64,000 nt of DNA from the human T2T-CHM13v2.0 reference genome, Homo sapiens. Location: the NCBI RefSeq assembly GCF_009914755.1, contig NC_060934.1. The stretch is one strand, 5' to 3'. A program made the translations under genes and the position numbers. Shown here piece after piece: positions 25,005 through 41,384 of this stretch. Numbering within the stretch: the first letter of the stretch is position 1; every line of letters starts with the position of its first letter. Under the pieces are notes generated by a model that was not told where the DNA came from, did not search any database, and saw only the letters and a program-made list of their open reading frames with translations.

Positions 25005-25790
25005 ATCATATATTCATTCAATAGACACCTACTGAGCACTGAGCTTGTGAGTTAGGAGGTGGGGACCCCACCCTGAATCAGAGAGCAGTCCTTCTGTCAA
25101 TGAGCTGATGGCTGGCCTAACTGAAGAGACAAATATTAAGTGACTATACAAATAATTATAAAATCCTAAGTATCATAAGTGCAGTGAAGGTGACATGGGC
25201 AGTTTTAGGTCTGTCTGGGAGGCCAGGAAGGGCTTCCCCAGAAAAGGGACATTCGTTGTAGAATATGAAGGATAAGTTGGAGAGATGCTGAGCAGCACTG
25301 CGAGATCCATGGCTTCCACCCTTCAGTGCACACTAGTAACATTCAGTGAAACAGAAAACACCAGGAGACAGGAAGGCCAGGTGTGGGTAGATGGGGAAAG
25401 GAATAAGTTCTGTTTGGGACTTTACTGTGAGGTTCATTTGAGCCAGAGAAGAGCCAATATTAAGTATACAATTGGATATTACTAGATATACCAAGGACAA
25501 TATGCAGACAAAAGCTTGGAAATGTGAGGAGTGGTCTGGCTCAAGGTACATGTTTGCGAGTCACTACCATGCTGTGCGGTAACCAAAGGCCTGGGTGCAC
25601 ACTAGTTCTTCTGAGGACAGAGTGCAGATGGCACAGAGAAGGGGGCCTGGGGGCCGCCTTGAGGAGCTCTAACATTCCAACTGTACGTAAAGAAGGATGA
25701 GCTTGCCAAGAAAGCAGAGACATTTCCTGATCAGCAGGAGGAAAAGCAGGAGATTGTGCTTTGAATGAAGTCGAGGGAGGATCCTTTGGA
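25005..25790 (-). mobile_element. L2 fragments
   Basis: TATTCATTCAATAGACACCTACTGAGCAC (antisense L2 3' end) and GGAGGCCAGGAAGGGCTTCCCAG. An opposite-strand L2 piece is likely at ~24430-24720. Confidence 0.65.
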
Positions 25791-26213
25791 CTATTGGTGT
25801 GACATTTTTGTAAGTCTAAAATTATTTCAAAACAAACAGTAAAAATCAGTTTATTAGGGCTTATTAGGATGGAGGAGGGCCCAGCTTCTCCATGATGGAT
25901 AACTGCTTCCCATCAATAGGGACCTTCCTTAGTAGGGGTCCTCATCTTCTTCCGTATCCTCTTCAAAAAGCCACTTTAACTCCTCAAATCTTCTTCCTCC
26001 TTATGCCCCTATACTTATCTTTTCATCTAAACCAGTGTCATTCCAGGATGTAAACTGTGAAAAAGGGATAGATCATTTACTTTTCAACCCTTTATATTTA
26101 AAGAAATGCTATTGGCTTTTAAATGTATGCTACATTTTAATATATCCCCACTTATTTATTAAACAAACATATACATACATTTAATTGAGGACACTGGAGA
26201 AATTACTGCCAAT

Positions 26214-26596
26214 TTGTACCAGTCAGGATAGGCCAGGTTTGATGATAACAAACAAGCCCCAAGTCCTGGGGGCTAAAAGAACAAAGGTTTGCTTCTTGCT
26301 CAAGTGCTCCATCTACTGTGGGTTGTGGGAGAGCTTGGCTTGTATTTATCACTCTAAGACCGCTCCAACTTGACACTTATTTCCATGATTGCTGTGGTGG
26401 GGAAGGCAGGGCTCAGTCAGGCACTGCATTAGGTACTTCAGCCTGGGAGCTACACACATCGTTTCTGCCCACCCTTCATTAGCTGCAGGCAGGCACTGGT
26501 TGTGCCTGACTTCAAGGGAGTGTGGAAGTATCCTTCCTGTGTACGTGAAATAGAAGAAATCCAGAACCAGTCCATGCAATGTAAGGTTCTACCACA
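26214..26596 (-). mobile_element. MLT1 (MLT1K/L-like) MaLR LTR
   Basis: TGTACCAGTCAGGATAGGCCAGGTT..AACAAACAAGCCCC..AACAAAGGTTTGCTTCTTGCTCA; ends CTACCACA. Confidence 0.65.
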
Positions 26597-26625
26597 AGCA
26601 ATAAAAGTCAGTAAAATCACAACAT

Positions 26626-27123
26626 TGTGGCAGAAACAGCTAATTGCTTAGTCAATGTTCATTCTTCTCTACTTCCTAAGAGCACCCTTGTATGTCAATA
26701 CCTACTGAAAAGTATCTAACTCTACAGATACCTTAATAGCTAAGCGGGGGACATATGACCCAATTTTGGGTGTTTGGATGGAATCAGAAGTCACTAGGGG
26801 TGGGGCTTAAAGCAAAAAAATCTTTTTGGTGATCTGACAATGCTCGCTTGTGCCTTTGGCCTCTGTCCTTCCTCTGCCGTCCATCTTCTTCCTCCCATCT
26901 TGGCCCCTGGAAATGCTGGGAGCACAGCAGCCATCCTGTGATCCCAGCACAGGAGCCTCACTCTGAGGACGGCGGGGCAGGACTACTCATGGGGCCTGGT
27001 CTTGGTGACGGTGTTGAGCCTCTAGATCAGCCGTGGGCTGCTTCCCCAACATCGCTGCAGACAAATAAGCCAGCACTGTTAGGTTCTCTGTTACTTGCAG
27101 ACAAACCCAATCTAAATGATGCA
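26626..27123 (+). mobile_element. MLT1J-like MaLR LTR
   Basis: TGTGGCAGA start, CAGCCATCCTGTGA, and end TCTGTTACTTGCAGACAAACCCAATCTAAATGATGCA. Confidence 0.65.
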
Positions 27124-28539
27124 AATAAAATATTTTTATTACCACATACCAGAAATAATGATGTATTCATACAGTATAATTCTGGGCATTTTAGAAATAT
27201 TTACAAAATTGTCACATTAACATCACCTTTCAGGTAGTTAAATGGCATGTAACTTTCTATAATGAATTTAGAACAATTTTTCTACAGGAAAACAGAGGGA
27301 AAATAAAATATTATCTACATGTAAGACCCACTTTGGGGAATAAGTTGTATGCTTTGAACTTCTTGTAAAACTAATCAATCTAGCCTAATAATTTAAGACA
27401 TTAAAGTTAGTTATTCAAACATTGATAGTGATAAATATAGCAGTAGTATCCATTCCTTCTCCAAGTAATCAAGACATTATGGTTTATTGATGTAAATTAT
27501 TTTTTAAACATGCAGTTCATTTAGCAATACATGTATTGACAGCTGCACCTTCAAAAAAACTTACAAAACCAGAGAACACAACATTAACTTGTTACTAAAC
27601 TAAAACAAACTTAGCTGAGATAGTGTTTTGGAAATCATGAGGGACATAGCCTGCTCTTTGAAATGAAAACAAAGGCATTTATTGGGGCATAAAACTAAAT
27701 TCATTATTTGGCAAATTTCTTGCTCAAATACCATGTCCACATGCATTTCTGTCCCAGCAATTCTGTTTTGTCGTGAATTATATATAACTTATTTTAATGT
27801 GTTTGCTTTACTTAAAAAAAGGAATGAATTATAGTAATCTTTTCATCATGCTTGCCTCACCAGAGAGGAGCTCTTAGCAGAGCTGTTCCAGGTATAAGAG
27901 CCCCACAGCAATCCTTCCGCCTTTCTGAAATGCCCGTGCAGGATGTTGAGGGCCTGTGGCCAGCGTTTTCTTTTCTTTTCTTCTTCTTTTTTAAAATCTC
28001 CCCCATTCATTTAAACTTTATTTATATGAATAAAAGAACTTGAGACAATTTAGCTCAATTTTAATGTTTCCCAAGCATTATTTTGACCAGGTACCCAGGT
28101 TTAAGTTATGAACATTGACAGTGTCCATTATATAACCACACTTGAAGTTATTAAGGACTTAACCATTTTCTAATATTAGCCTATTTTCTACACTGCTTTT
28201 CACATATATGCCCATTAAAAATGGAATGTCTGTTACATTTATTGGCTTGTGAGTGTTTCTGGAAAACTGCAGTAAGTGTGAAGGCCAATTTCCATGCTGG
28301 CATTGCATGCATCCAAATATTAATGCACGGAGGCACAGAATTAGAGCAACAAGAGAGCATATTCAAACACTAGCATGCGCCATTCCCCTTTTTATTGCTT
28401 GTTTGCTTAGTACTTCTTAAAACAGAAGGAAAGACTTGAATTCAACGTTCAACTACCAAAGAAGGAGTAACAGCAGGACACATACTCAGGACTTGAATGA
28501 AATTGTAAGCACTAGCTGAAGCAAAACAGTAGACATGGG

Positions 28540-28549
28540 TATATATCCA

Positions 28550-28580
<31 letters not shown>

Positions 28581-28683
28581 ATACCTATATATATACACAC
28601 ACATATATATACCTGTATATATATATATAAAATATCTCTATATATAGACATTGGTATATATCTATATATATCTATATATATAC
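28540..28683. repeat. Imperfect (TA)n-rich tract inside the retrocopy 3'UTR
   Basis: ~140 bp of TA repeats with CA/TG interruptions. Confidence 0.92.
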
Positions 28684-30121
28684 AGCCTTATTATCTAAAA
28701 CTCTTCTCAACCAGGGCCTTCCCAACAAATTGGTAACAACATGATTTATGTTGAAATATACACAAGAAATAAGAGTGTGTTCTTTGTCTTTGGGAATTTA
28801 ATAACTCAGACTATCCAAATTTGAATTCAGGTCTGTAGGAAGTGAGAAGCCTGTACTAAGCAACTGTCCTACATTTCTGCTGCAGTTAGGTTATTTTGGA
28901 CAATTATACCTAAACTATCCTTGGTTTCATCCAGCAAAATGTATACAGTACAAACAGGAAAGCATGCCAGCCAGCTAGGGGTTTAATAACGCATGATTTT
29001 TATTCTCTTGGTCTGAAAAGTTGTATCAAAAAATGTAAACTAATGCAAATAACTCAAGATTTATGGGCCTCTTGTGCTTTAAAAAAGGAAAAAAGGTACC
29101 CACTAATTTGCTCAGATATAGCAGGCTTAATGGTTCTATATTTTGAAAAGTTTTTAAGAATGGTTTCTAATGTAGGAGAGGGAAAACATCCACTATACCT
29201 TTTCAGAATTTAAATGGAGGGCAGTAAACATTCTTTACACCCAAAACCTATGGCAGCAGTTCAAATTTGACCAAGGTAAATGTAGAATGGAGATGTTCTA
29301 AACACAGCTAGGACTCAGCAAGTCTAACACACTAAAATCATGTGATTACATTTTAAAAGAAAGTGCACAAAAACCAAAAAGAAATTTTGAGACTTTTTTA
29401 TTTGAAGGTAATCTTAATGCTATTAAATTCACAAATGCTAATTTAAATACCCAATCCTATTTACCTAAAACACACATTGCAAACACACAAATTATCTGTT
29501 CTCTCCACATGTCGGCGTCCATTCATATCATGGTTTGGAAATGGGGAGAATAGATTCCCCTTAAACTGCAAGTCAGCAGGTGTTTCTTTACAGTTAACTT
29601 TAGCAAAATTTATACAAAATAGTAATTAACAATTGATCTTCTTTACTTGTTAACTCACAAGGAAACACCTTCAAAACTGCATTTTGTTAAAGTTTCTGTA
29701 CTAAAATGTAGAAAAACTGAACTACACAGATATTGAAAAGTTAAAAATTCCTTAATTTTTTATTCCTGGTACCACTACCACAATTTACAGGGCAATATAC
29801 CTGATGTAATGAAAAGAAAAAGAATAAGACAAAGCTACAACAGATAAAAGACCTGAGGAATGTACATCTAATTGACGCTACATTGCATTAATCGATAGCT
29901 GCACTTCCTGCAAACTGTGGCTATGACAGTCCTGAACAAGAAGGGTTTCCTGTTTAAGCTGCAGTAACTTTTCTGATTATGGATCATCGTTCCTTCTGTG
30001 ACAGATTTTTACAGTTCCTCTAATGCACTTGGGACGACTGTCTCAAAGTAACCTGTAGCTTTCCTGACAACTCCTCACTCTCTCTCCTGCTAAGAACTGT
30101 AGCCCTTTCCTGCTGTTTTTA

Positions 30122-31290
<1,169 letters not shown>

Positions 31291-32546
31291 TCAATATGGG
31301 ACCGAGAGGAAGGTGGCCAGCGTTTTCATTTAGGCAACTCTGCCTGGATCAGCACACTTTCCCTCTGCAGTTCAGGACTTACTCTGAACTTCATTGATAA
31401 CTTGTGACTTCAGGAAAAACCACACTGTCTTGCAGTATCTCAATTGAGCCACTGACATGGACCTGAAAATGGCTTTTTAAATGGTTAGATGAGGCCGGAA
31501 TGTACTTTTAGATCAAAAGTGAAGTAAGGAGGGGTCAGGAAAGATGAGAGTTGCTGGTAATTTTGGTGCTCTAGATGCCCTAGACCTGGGGAAGGGGGAA
31601 TGGTCAGGGATGCTGGTTGGAAAACATGTTTTCCTGAGCTGTGGACATTTCAGTATTTCTCACTCCACATTTCTACCACTTTTGGTTGTTCTTTGAACAT
31701 CTTTTGCATATTTTACTTGCATGCAAATATTCTCCCCAAATCCACTGTTTCAGTGCTAAGCAGCCCAGCTCCAGTCCCATCTTCTCTGGGAGCTTTCCAA
31801 ATCTCATCATCTTCCTCTGAGATACCATAGCTTTCTGTCTGTGTTTGACTCTGCCATGTCTTGAGCCTGCTCTCTCACTGGTCTGCCAGCTCTTAGAAGG
31901 CTGGCATCATTATTCTTCTCTGACTGTCCCAGGTGTTTGGCACACAGTGGATGAACCTAGAAGGAGCTTCATGTGTGCTTGAACAGAATGAAAGGACAGC
32001 TGTGATTTTCTCCTGTGCGGCTGATGCCTTCTTTGTCCCATCCAGAAGCAGGATTGCATTGAGATCCCTGGAGTTGTCTCTGGCCCTTGTAAAATTAAAT
32101 GCCAAGAGAACCTTGGTTAACAGAAGAAATGGAGAAGGACCAACTTCTAGTTTTCTGTGCCAGAGGTCAGTGCATTGCTTCTTCTCTGTGAATTGCTCTG
32201 ACTTGCTGAATTGAAACTTTCTTTACTTTTGGGCAGATAAGAGTAATTTGGGGGCAGATAAGAGCTTCTGGGAAGTTGTTATTGCAAATGGCTTGGCAGT
32301 GATGCTGCTACACAATGGTTATCCAGGACTCGTTTTTTTCCTAGTTTGAGTTACTTAAAAAAAACCCTAAGAATTACTTGATTTAAAAATAATAGGTCAA
32401 GACCTTCTGGCACTACTGAAACTTCTGAGTGGGCCTCAGATGGTCGCTTGAGAATCTATTCAGACAACCCAGCAGTTGGCAGATGTAACACTCATCATGC
32501 CTCTGCACTCTTTTGTCATTAGTTGATTACATAACAAATATCAGTG

Positions 32547-32838
32547 GGCTGGGCGTGGTGGCTCAGGCCTGTAATCCCAGCACTTTGGAAGGCCGAGGTG
32601 AGTGGATCATGAGGTCAGGAGATCGAGACCATCCTGGCTAACACGGTGAAACCCCGTCTCTACTAAAAATACAAAAATTAGCCGGGCGTGGTGGTGGGTG
32701 CCTGTAGTCCCAGCTACTCGGGAGGCTGAGGCATGAACCCAGGAGGTGGAGCTTGCAGTGAGCCAAGATCGCGCCACTGCACTCCAGCCTGGGCGACAGA
32801 GCGAGACTCCTTCTCAAAAAACAAACAAACAAAAACAA
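32547..32838 (+). mobile_element. AluY with an 11-bp internal deletion
   Basis: Diagnostic GAGATCGAGACCATCCTGGCTAACACGG and GGAGCTTGCAGTGAGCC. GGAGAATGGCG is missing after GAGGCTGAGGCA. (AAAC)n tail. Confidence 0.93.
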
Positions 32839-34508
32839 ATAGCAAGCATGAAGTTGTGTGCCTGAGTGAAGCCCTAGCAAAGGAATCAAAGAGCAAACTT
32901 TTACATGCAGGTCAGCAACTGTTGGTGTGCTCCACGGGGAATTTACCTTCAGGGCACACTCGGGCCCCCACTGTGCCACCATCACTGCCGACCTCCCTGC
33001 CCAGGGGAATCCGCTCCCAGGCGGATTCTCCCTCCTTATGCCACTTGTCCTTCCCACCTTCCATTTACTTATGTGTGTCAACACAAAGCTGTCCACTGAC
33101 TCTCTCCTTTGTTCTGGAGATATCATTCTGGGAATAAAAAGGAGAGTGGATGGGCCATAAACAGTGTGTGGGATGGAAAGTATCAGACAATTTAGATGTC
33201 TGTGAGGCCAGGGGAAGCCTCCTCTTTGGGGGCAAGGACACTGGCTCAGTCCAGGCTGTGTCCAGCCTCAGGGCCAGCTGGGAACACGTGTCATTTGCTC
33301 TTCATCCCACTCTGAATGGGCAGGGGTGTGAACGCTCGTACAACAGGCTTTCTCAGGCTATTTTCAATTGTGTGCAGCTGGTGTTTGAAAGAGCATTGCA
33401 TTTAGGAATAGGGCTACTTTATGCTCTGGGGGTGAGGAAGGACGGAATGAGAAGGCTCTGGTTCCGGCCCATCCCAAACCACTGTGCAACACCGTGCCTC
33501 TGAGGTAGCCCAGAGTGGAAAGTGCCTGGGGTCCTGCATACCCACTGCTGCTAGTGGCTTATTAGCCATGAACATATTGCCGCCCGATTTCTGAGATAGC
33601 ACTTGTCACATCCAGAGGAAGAAATAATTATCAGATGTGAGAGATATTGGTGGTGGCAGAAGGAAGAGAGGGGGCTGGGGGGAATCCCGAGGGTAAGTGT
33701 TGTCTGTGGGGCCCAGGCCCAGGCCTAGGTGAGCAGGCACTGAAATTCTCTAGGATAGAGGATGCAGCAATGCTAAAGGCAGCCATCACTGCATTAATTT
33801 TACAATGATTTTACATGCGTTTGCACCTGCACTCTGAGGGAGTTTCCAGGCTGGACGTGGTGGGATGTGCCTGTCTTCAAGGACCTGCCCTTCCACCAGG
33901 GGAGCCAAGATGAGCACTTACACTAAATTTGTATTTGCCACAGTGAACAGCTCCTATGCTCATGGATGGCACTGACTGTGATTTACCATTGGGGATGGTC
34001 CATCCTGAAGAGGGCCTTTCCTCTCCTTTGCAAAAGGATTTAAGAAGCAGAAAGAGACACATGATCCTCCCCAACCCATTGTCTCCTTGAGCCCCATGGC
34101 TGCTGATGCCGGGGCAGCAGGAATAGAGCTCCCAGGAGCTCTCCCACCCGGCGAGAGTCAGGCCCCAACCCACAAAGCACAGCCAAGGGAGTGCGCTTGC
34201 GATTCTAGTCTTTTTCTGAGCATCCTTTCTCTAGATTAGAGAAAATCCGTTTAAAGTAAATTAATGGTCAGATGACCTCTGTGAAACCTCTAAAATGATT
34301 TCTCATACCCATTAGGCTCAGCTCCTTATATTATATCAGGCAGACAGGAACTGTATTTTAAATCTCTAATAGCACCTAGTATCATATTCAGTGCAATAAT
34401 TCTGATGAATAAATTTCTTTACCTTTCTTGGTGAAAATTATTCACCCTGAGGGCATCTGTTTGGGTCTTGAAAAAGGCATTAGATATTTTCTTTATATAC
34501 TGTTTGCT

Positions 34509-34513
<5 letters not shown>

Positions 34514-34539
<26 letters not shown>
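34514..34539. repeat. (CA)n microsatellite
   Basis: Perfect CA run. Confidence 0.95.
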
Positions 34540-34744
34540 GGAGTTATGAAATCCAATATAACATGAACATCCATGAACTTACCACTCAAGTTGAGAAGCT
34601 ATCTTTGTGTTCTTCCAAGATCCCATTCCTCCCTTCCATGAAACCGTGAATTTTGTGTATATTATGGCCATAATTGTCCACATGTGTATGTATCTCCAAT
34701 TGCATTGTTTAGATTCTACAGTCACTGGCTTTGTTTAGGAGTGT

Positions 34745-34900
34745 GTACCACAGTGGTTACAAATAGTGGTTTTGGAATCAAACTGATTGTGTCGAAATCT
34801 CCGATGAAGCATTTACTAGTTGTGCAACCTTGAATGCATTACTTACCCGCTCTGAACATCAGTTTCTTCACTCCCAAATGGCGGTAATCCTGCCCAGCTC
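34745..34900 (+). mobile_element. MIR
   Basis: CAGTGGTTA..TTTGGAATCAAACTG..ATTTACTAGTTGTGCAACCTTG..TCTGAACATCAGTTTCTTCA. Confidence 0.75.
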
Positions 34901-35525
34901 ATCCTTCTCCTGGAGTTGCCCAGGAGATTGAATGGAATGAGACCTTGTCCATTTCTTCTTGGCCCATTATCGGCCCTCAACTAAGGTTGAGGGCAACCCT
35001 CTGCCCCAGACATCCCTGGGAACTCCTGTCAAACACATGCACCCTTCACCACTGGCACCTACTCCAAGCCACCAGGCCTTAAAACAGCAGCAAACTAGGA
35101 ACCCTTGGGATGAGCAAGAGCGCCGGACTTAATTTATAGCCTTTCCTGTGTCCACACAGGAAGACAAATGTGCTGGGCAGAGGACAGCAGATGCCATTAC
35201 CAGATCATTACTTAGCAAGTTGCTTGGTCTTGGCAGGAAATGGTTCATCATTTTCAGATGAGTAGAGAGCTGCAGAACCTTGTAACTGTCCTCCCTCATT
35301 CTGCACCCCTGTCGCAGACGCAATGGTCCTTGCCAAAGCTTTCCCTCCCACGGTGCCTTATCGAGATAAGTGACTGGGGATGTGGGATGCCACATGATCC
35401 ACTGAATGCAAGAGCCCTGAACTCAGAAGGGGGCTGGGGTCAAAGGCTTCCAGGGCTGGAGAGTGAGGCCGGAAACCCCAAAAGATAAATGAGGACTTCT
35501 GGAACAAGATGAGAAGATGAATTAA

Positions 35526-35958
<433 letters not shown>

Positions 35959-36938
35959 GCATGTGCTGTTTTACAGCAATCCAGTGGGGCAAGGTCACCA
36001 AGCTCACAAAGGAAGAACCTGAGGCTCAGGAAGCAAAAGTTATTGCCCAAATTAAACATAGTAAGAAGCTGATTTGATTCCAAACCAATATCTGTTTAAT
36101 TTCAAAGCTCAGGCTGGCTCTATTTCACCATCCTGTGTCCCTCAGCAGGGTGACAGGTCACCATGAACAGGACAGCCACTGGCCAGCAGTGTCTCAATCA
36201 CTGATTGTCCACTGTGCTTAAGCACCCACAGGGCTCTTGGTGCTGAATAGATGGTGGATTTTTGGCTTTTTTGTCTGTCCCAAATCTTTAGAAGCCTGTT
36301 GTCTGTGGTGACAGTGATTTCAGATTGGCTAAGTTTGACAAGCAATGAGCAACAATACATCTGTTGTTAGAGGTGTTGGTTATTCCACGTGCCAGGAAGA
36401 CAGAGAGAACGTCTCAACCAAATTGTCAAGGCAAGAGTCTTTCAGGAAAAGGATATGGCTAAGAATTCTAAAAGGGGTGGGGGTTGGTTTAACAAGAAGG
36501 AGCAGGGAAAGGTGTCTACCTTGAATCTCCAATCTGAAAGGTTGGTATAGGCATAAGATGTCAAGAAAATTAGCAGAAAACATCGTGTTGAGCCCTCAAG
36601 ATTTGCTTGGAGCGGAGGAGACCACACTCCTGCAGCTGGGTGGTCAGGTAACTGGGTTTCTGACCTTACAGGAGCAGCCGTGTGACTGCACACCTGGCTG
36701 GGGCTTGAGGCTGGGGGTTGGGGAGACATGGTGACCCAGCGATCTACTCAGTTCAGCTGCTGTTTCCCCAACAGGAACCCTAGGGTTGCAGGGAGGGGCT
36801 GTTGGTTTTGTCAGTCCATTGTGCTTGGGGTGAGGAAAATATTTAGGATATATTTTAAGTAATCTTAAATTAAAAATTAAAATTATTGTCATGAAACTGT
36901 ATGTGATTCTTATTTTTGGATAGAATTAAGAACTATTC

Positions 36939-37237
36939 AGCCGGGTGTGGTGGCTCACGCCTGTAATCCCAGCACTTTGGAAGGCGGAGGTGGGCAGATT
37001 ACTTGAGCTCAAGAGTTTGAGACCAGCCTGGCCAACATGGTGAAACCCCGTCTCTACTAAAAATACAAAAATTAGCTGGGCGTGGTGGCATGCACCTGTA
37101 ATCCCAGCTACTCGGGAGGCTGAGGCATGAGACAAGAATCGCTTGAAACTGAGAGGCGGAGGTTGCTGTCAGCCGAGGTTGCTCTACGGCACTCCAGCCT
37201 GGGTGACAGAGACAGTCTCAAAAAAAAAAAAAAAAAA
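36939..37237 (+). mobile_element. AluS
   Basis: Full dimer with A18 tail and TSD core AAGAACTA on both sides. Confidence 0.93.
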
Positions 37238-38606
37238 GAACTAATTTATTAGTATCTGTGGAGAGTAGATATAAGCATTTGTCCACAATTTTTTTATTGT
37301 TTCACTTATATCCTCCCATCCCTGCTTTAGTTCTCCCTTCCTCCCACTGGATTAGTTAAAAGACAATCCAGATTTTTATACCATTTGAGTCATAAATGCT
37401 TAACTATGTGTCTCTAAGTGAAAGAGACTAAAAAAAATAAACATTTTACATTATCAAACTAGAAATATGAAAAATAATTCCTAAATATCATCTAATATTT
37501 GGTCAATACTTAAATTTTCCTGATTCTCTTCAGGTGATTAAAAAAGGAAATAAACAAGTGTACACCTTATATTTGGTGTGTATGAACATATCTACCTATC
37601 TCAACCAACAGTTCTCCTTTCTTCTTTTTTCTCCTTGTTATTTATATGTTGAAGAAACTCAGTCATTTGCCCTGCAGAATTTTCTACACTGTGGATTTGC
37701 CTGACTACACCCTGTGGTGCTGTTCCTCTATCTTGTTCTGGGTAAGTTAATAATTAGATCTAGAGGCTTGATCAGATTTGGATGTTTTTGCAAAACTATT
37801 TCCCACTTATTGCTGTGTTCTTCCTGCTGCAGCTCACAGGGGCACTGGGAGGCTGAGGTCTCTCCTTTGGGATGTGTAAATTCATCAGTGGGATTAGGTT
37901 ATGTCAGCCTCCTCCATCCTGCAAGAAATTTCTCACCAGCTGTCCCCTAAGGATTTGGCAGCTAATCATGGTCTTTGCCAGATTCATTATTTTATTAGGG
38001 TTATGAAATGCTGATATCCTCACACAATAATTATTTCTGCATTTGTTAGCTGAAATAATTCTATGAATAAGAACTTTTGGTCATCAACTAATTAGTTACC
38101 CCTGGAAATAGTTTGTACAAGAAAGTCCAGATAAATGCTCTATTCTTTCCATTTATATATCAGTTTTCAGAATAACAATTTGGTGTTCTAGCAATCTCCA
38201 GTGTGACCAATGCTATTATTATGAACTCATGGATTTTAACTTCTTTGATATAGTTTGACTGGTTGCAATCATTGTTCTTTTTGATGCTTAAATTGTGCCA
38301 TCCTCGGCCAGTGAGAATCCGTTTGGACTGGCCTCTCTGTCTTTTTGACATTTCCCTGATAGTCTTAGTTAGCTTTCTTGCATCTCCTACAATTTCCGAT
38401 AAGACCTGGAATCAGACCTTTTTCCCCCAGTGGATTCCTAGGACAAATATTTATAAACTAAAGTCTGGATACTACTTGGTTTTCATTGCTTCTGGGTATT
38501 TTCTTTTTTTTGAAATCAAGGAAATAATATTTTTACTGGACTAGAAAATATGTATTTATTTTATTTAAAAATAAAAGTACATCATGAGTTTTTACTTGCA
38601 TTTCTG

Positions 38607-38965
<359 letters not shown>

Positions 38966-39040
38966 TAACTTCTTTGACTTAATGTTAATTTTCTTTACTT
39001 TTACACTAAAAGTTCTTGATTCCTAATAACATTGTGGTGA

Positions 39041-39075
39041 TGTGTGTGTGTGTGTGTGTGTGTTTGTGTTTGTGT
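39041..39075. repeat. (TG)n microsatellite
   Basis: TG run with a degenerate end. Confidence 0.93.
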
Positions 39076-39874
39076 AGGTTCAAATAACAATGTCAACAGC
39101 ACCACTTGTTATTAATAAAAAATAAGGCTACAGAATACTATTTGAAATTTCTCTGTATTCTTTTTGTCCTTAAGATATATTCCTGTAGGGATGAACAGTT
39201 CCATATCTGTGTCTTAAACTTATTTAAAGTAATTTTTCTCTTTACTTCCCTCTTATCCGGTCCAATGTCATTAAACACCAACCTAATATATAGTTAGGTT
39301 CATTTATTTTCTTTTGATTTGTAATCATTTTTTCCCATTTTGGTTGAATTTTATTTTGTAACGATGTAACACGTCCAAAAGGTTCCAAAGTCAGAACTCT
39401 AAAGCAGGTGCCCTCTGAGCAATCGAGCTCTGTTCCTGTTTCCTGCTTCTTATTTTCTCCTTCTCTCACAGGTAACCATTTTTTAAAAATTGAGTTTTGT
39501 TTTCTTCATTTCATTTTAAAAACAAAACAGGCACTCACATATTTATACTGACTTCTGTCTTAGACAAAAGATATCACGCTACACTTGCTATTCGGCGCCT
39601 TGCCTTTTGTCTTTAATATATGCAGACTTTTCTTGCTTCTTTTCATAGCAGCACAGTCCTCGATTGTGTGGGTGTATCACAGTTTATTCACATTGTCCCC
39701 CGTGATGGACACTGGGTCCCCCATGATGGACACTGGGGTTATTTCCGTCTTTTTCTATTACAAATAGTGTTGTAGTAGGCAGCTCTGTGCCTGTATTGTT
39801 TGCATTTTTTGGTAACAAGTTGAATGAGCTTAGAAATCATCTTAGTTATAATCTTCCAGGGGTTAGGTAAGTAG

Positions 39875-41000
39875 AATTATTCACTTAACATATAGGTATT
39901 TATTGATGTTTATTATGTGACAAAACCTGTGCTAGTTTTGGTGAAAGAGGGCTGGACAGAGTGATGAACAACACAGGCATGGCCCTGCCCTTGTGGGGCT
40001 TACAACACAGTAGGGAAAGTGTGTGAGTAATGGTAGAAATAAATGTTTAATTACATGTGTGATGAACAACATGGGGGGAATGAAAAGAGTGAGCTAAGAA
40101 GGCTGAGATGGTGGTGAGTGGCCAGAGAAAGCCTCCAGAAGGAATGGCCATTAGGTGGGTGTCTGGAGGAAGAGGAAGAACAGACCAGGCAGAGATGCAA
40201 AGCAAAGCCTGCCGGGCCAAGCCAGCACAATGGGAAAAGTTCACAGGCAGGAGAAGGCTGATGTTTCAAGCAGGAAAGGGCAGTGGGTCTACCTCATGAG
40301 CAAGGAGAAGGGTGGCAAGGGATATGGTGTGAGGGTGTGCAGTGCAGGTGGCAAGGATCTGGGGGGACTGGGAATCCATCCTAAGTTACAGGAAGCCACC
40401 AGAGAGTTTACACTAGTGGTGTGATCCAGTTCATTCTGTAAAATGCCATTCTGACTTCCGTGTCCAGAGGCACTGGGGAGGGATGGGAGCAGAGGCACAA
40501 AGACCAGGAGGGGATGGTTGTGGGAGTCCAGGAAACTGATGATGACAGCTTGGCTTAGGGTAGTGGGGTCGGGGTGGAGAAGAGGGAATGGGTTGAGCTC
40601 TTTTAGAGGAAGGGTAGATCAGAATTATTGGATGGAACTATTGGATTGAATGAGAGGGAAGGAGGTGTCCACAATAACTCCTTGGTCTTGGGCACAGGAA
40701 CTGGCTTATGGAGCTGGATGACTTTGAAAGAGGACTGGGTTAGCGTGGGGTGGGAGGGGCCATAAATTTGGGACATTTTAATTTGAGATCTGTGAGAAAT
40801 CCAAATGGAGACACAGGGAAAGTCTCTGAGTACGTCTGTTGGGACCTCTGAAGGTGTCATGTGGAGGTTGCACGCATTGGGGATGGGAGGAGACTGCCCA
40901 GGGGCAGGGCAGTGAGTGAGAAAAGAGGCTCCAGGGCTTGATCCAAGAAATTCCAACATTGAGGAGCTTGGAGAAAATGAGGCGCTGGTTGAGAAGATTG
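39875..41000 (-). mobile_element. L2 LINE fragment
   Basis: ATTTATTGATGTTTATTATGTGACAAAACCTGTGCTAG..GGCCCTGCCCTTGTGGGGCTTACA..GATGATGACAGCTTGGCTTAGGGTAGTGG. Confidence 0.8.
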
Positions 41001-41384
41001 GATTATTTTAAGCAACAGTGGGAGTGAAAATTATTTTTTCTTAATAATTTACATATACAACATTATAGAACAACAGCGATTCTGGAGATATGTAGTCTGA
41101 CTCCCCCATTTAATTGAAAAGGAGTTGGAGAATTCTGAAGTTACTGTCTGTTGCTTGCCAGCTAGCACAGCCTGCCCTGTACAGATAGTTTGACTCCAGG
41201 AAGAACACTGACCTCAATTAGCTTGCAAATGCAGAAAAAAAAAAAAAAAGAAAAGTTAAAACCACACAGTGGCTCCCCTGGAGCGTCATCATACCCTTCT
41301 CCTGGGGTATAGCTCTCTGGGTATCCTTGTAGGGGCTCACTGGCCTGGGACTGGCAGCTGGGCATGGCCATCATTCATGCCGTT

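Noticed and set aside
32638-33137. 134-162-aa ORFs on both strands
   Set aside because: Largely Alu-derived translation ([12 protein letters not shown]...).
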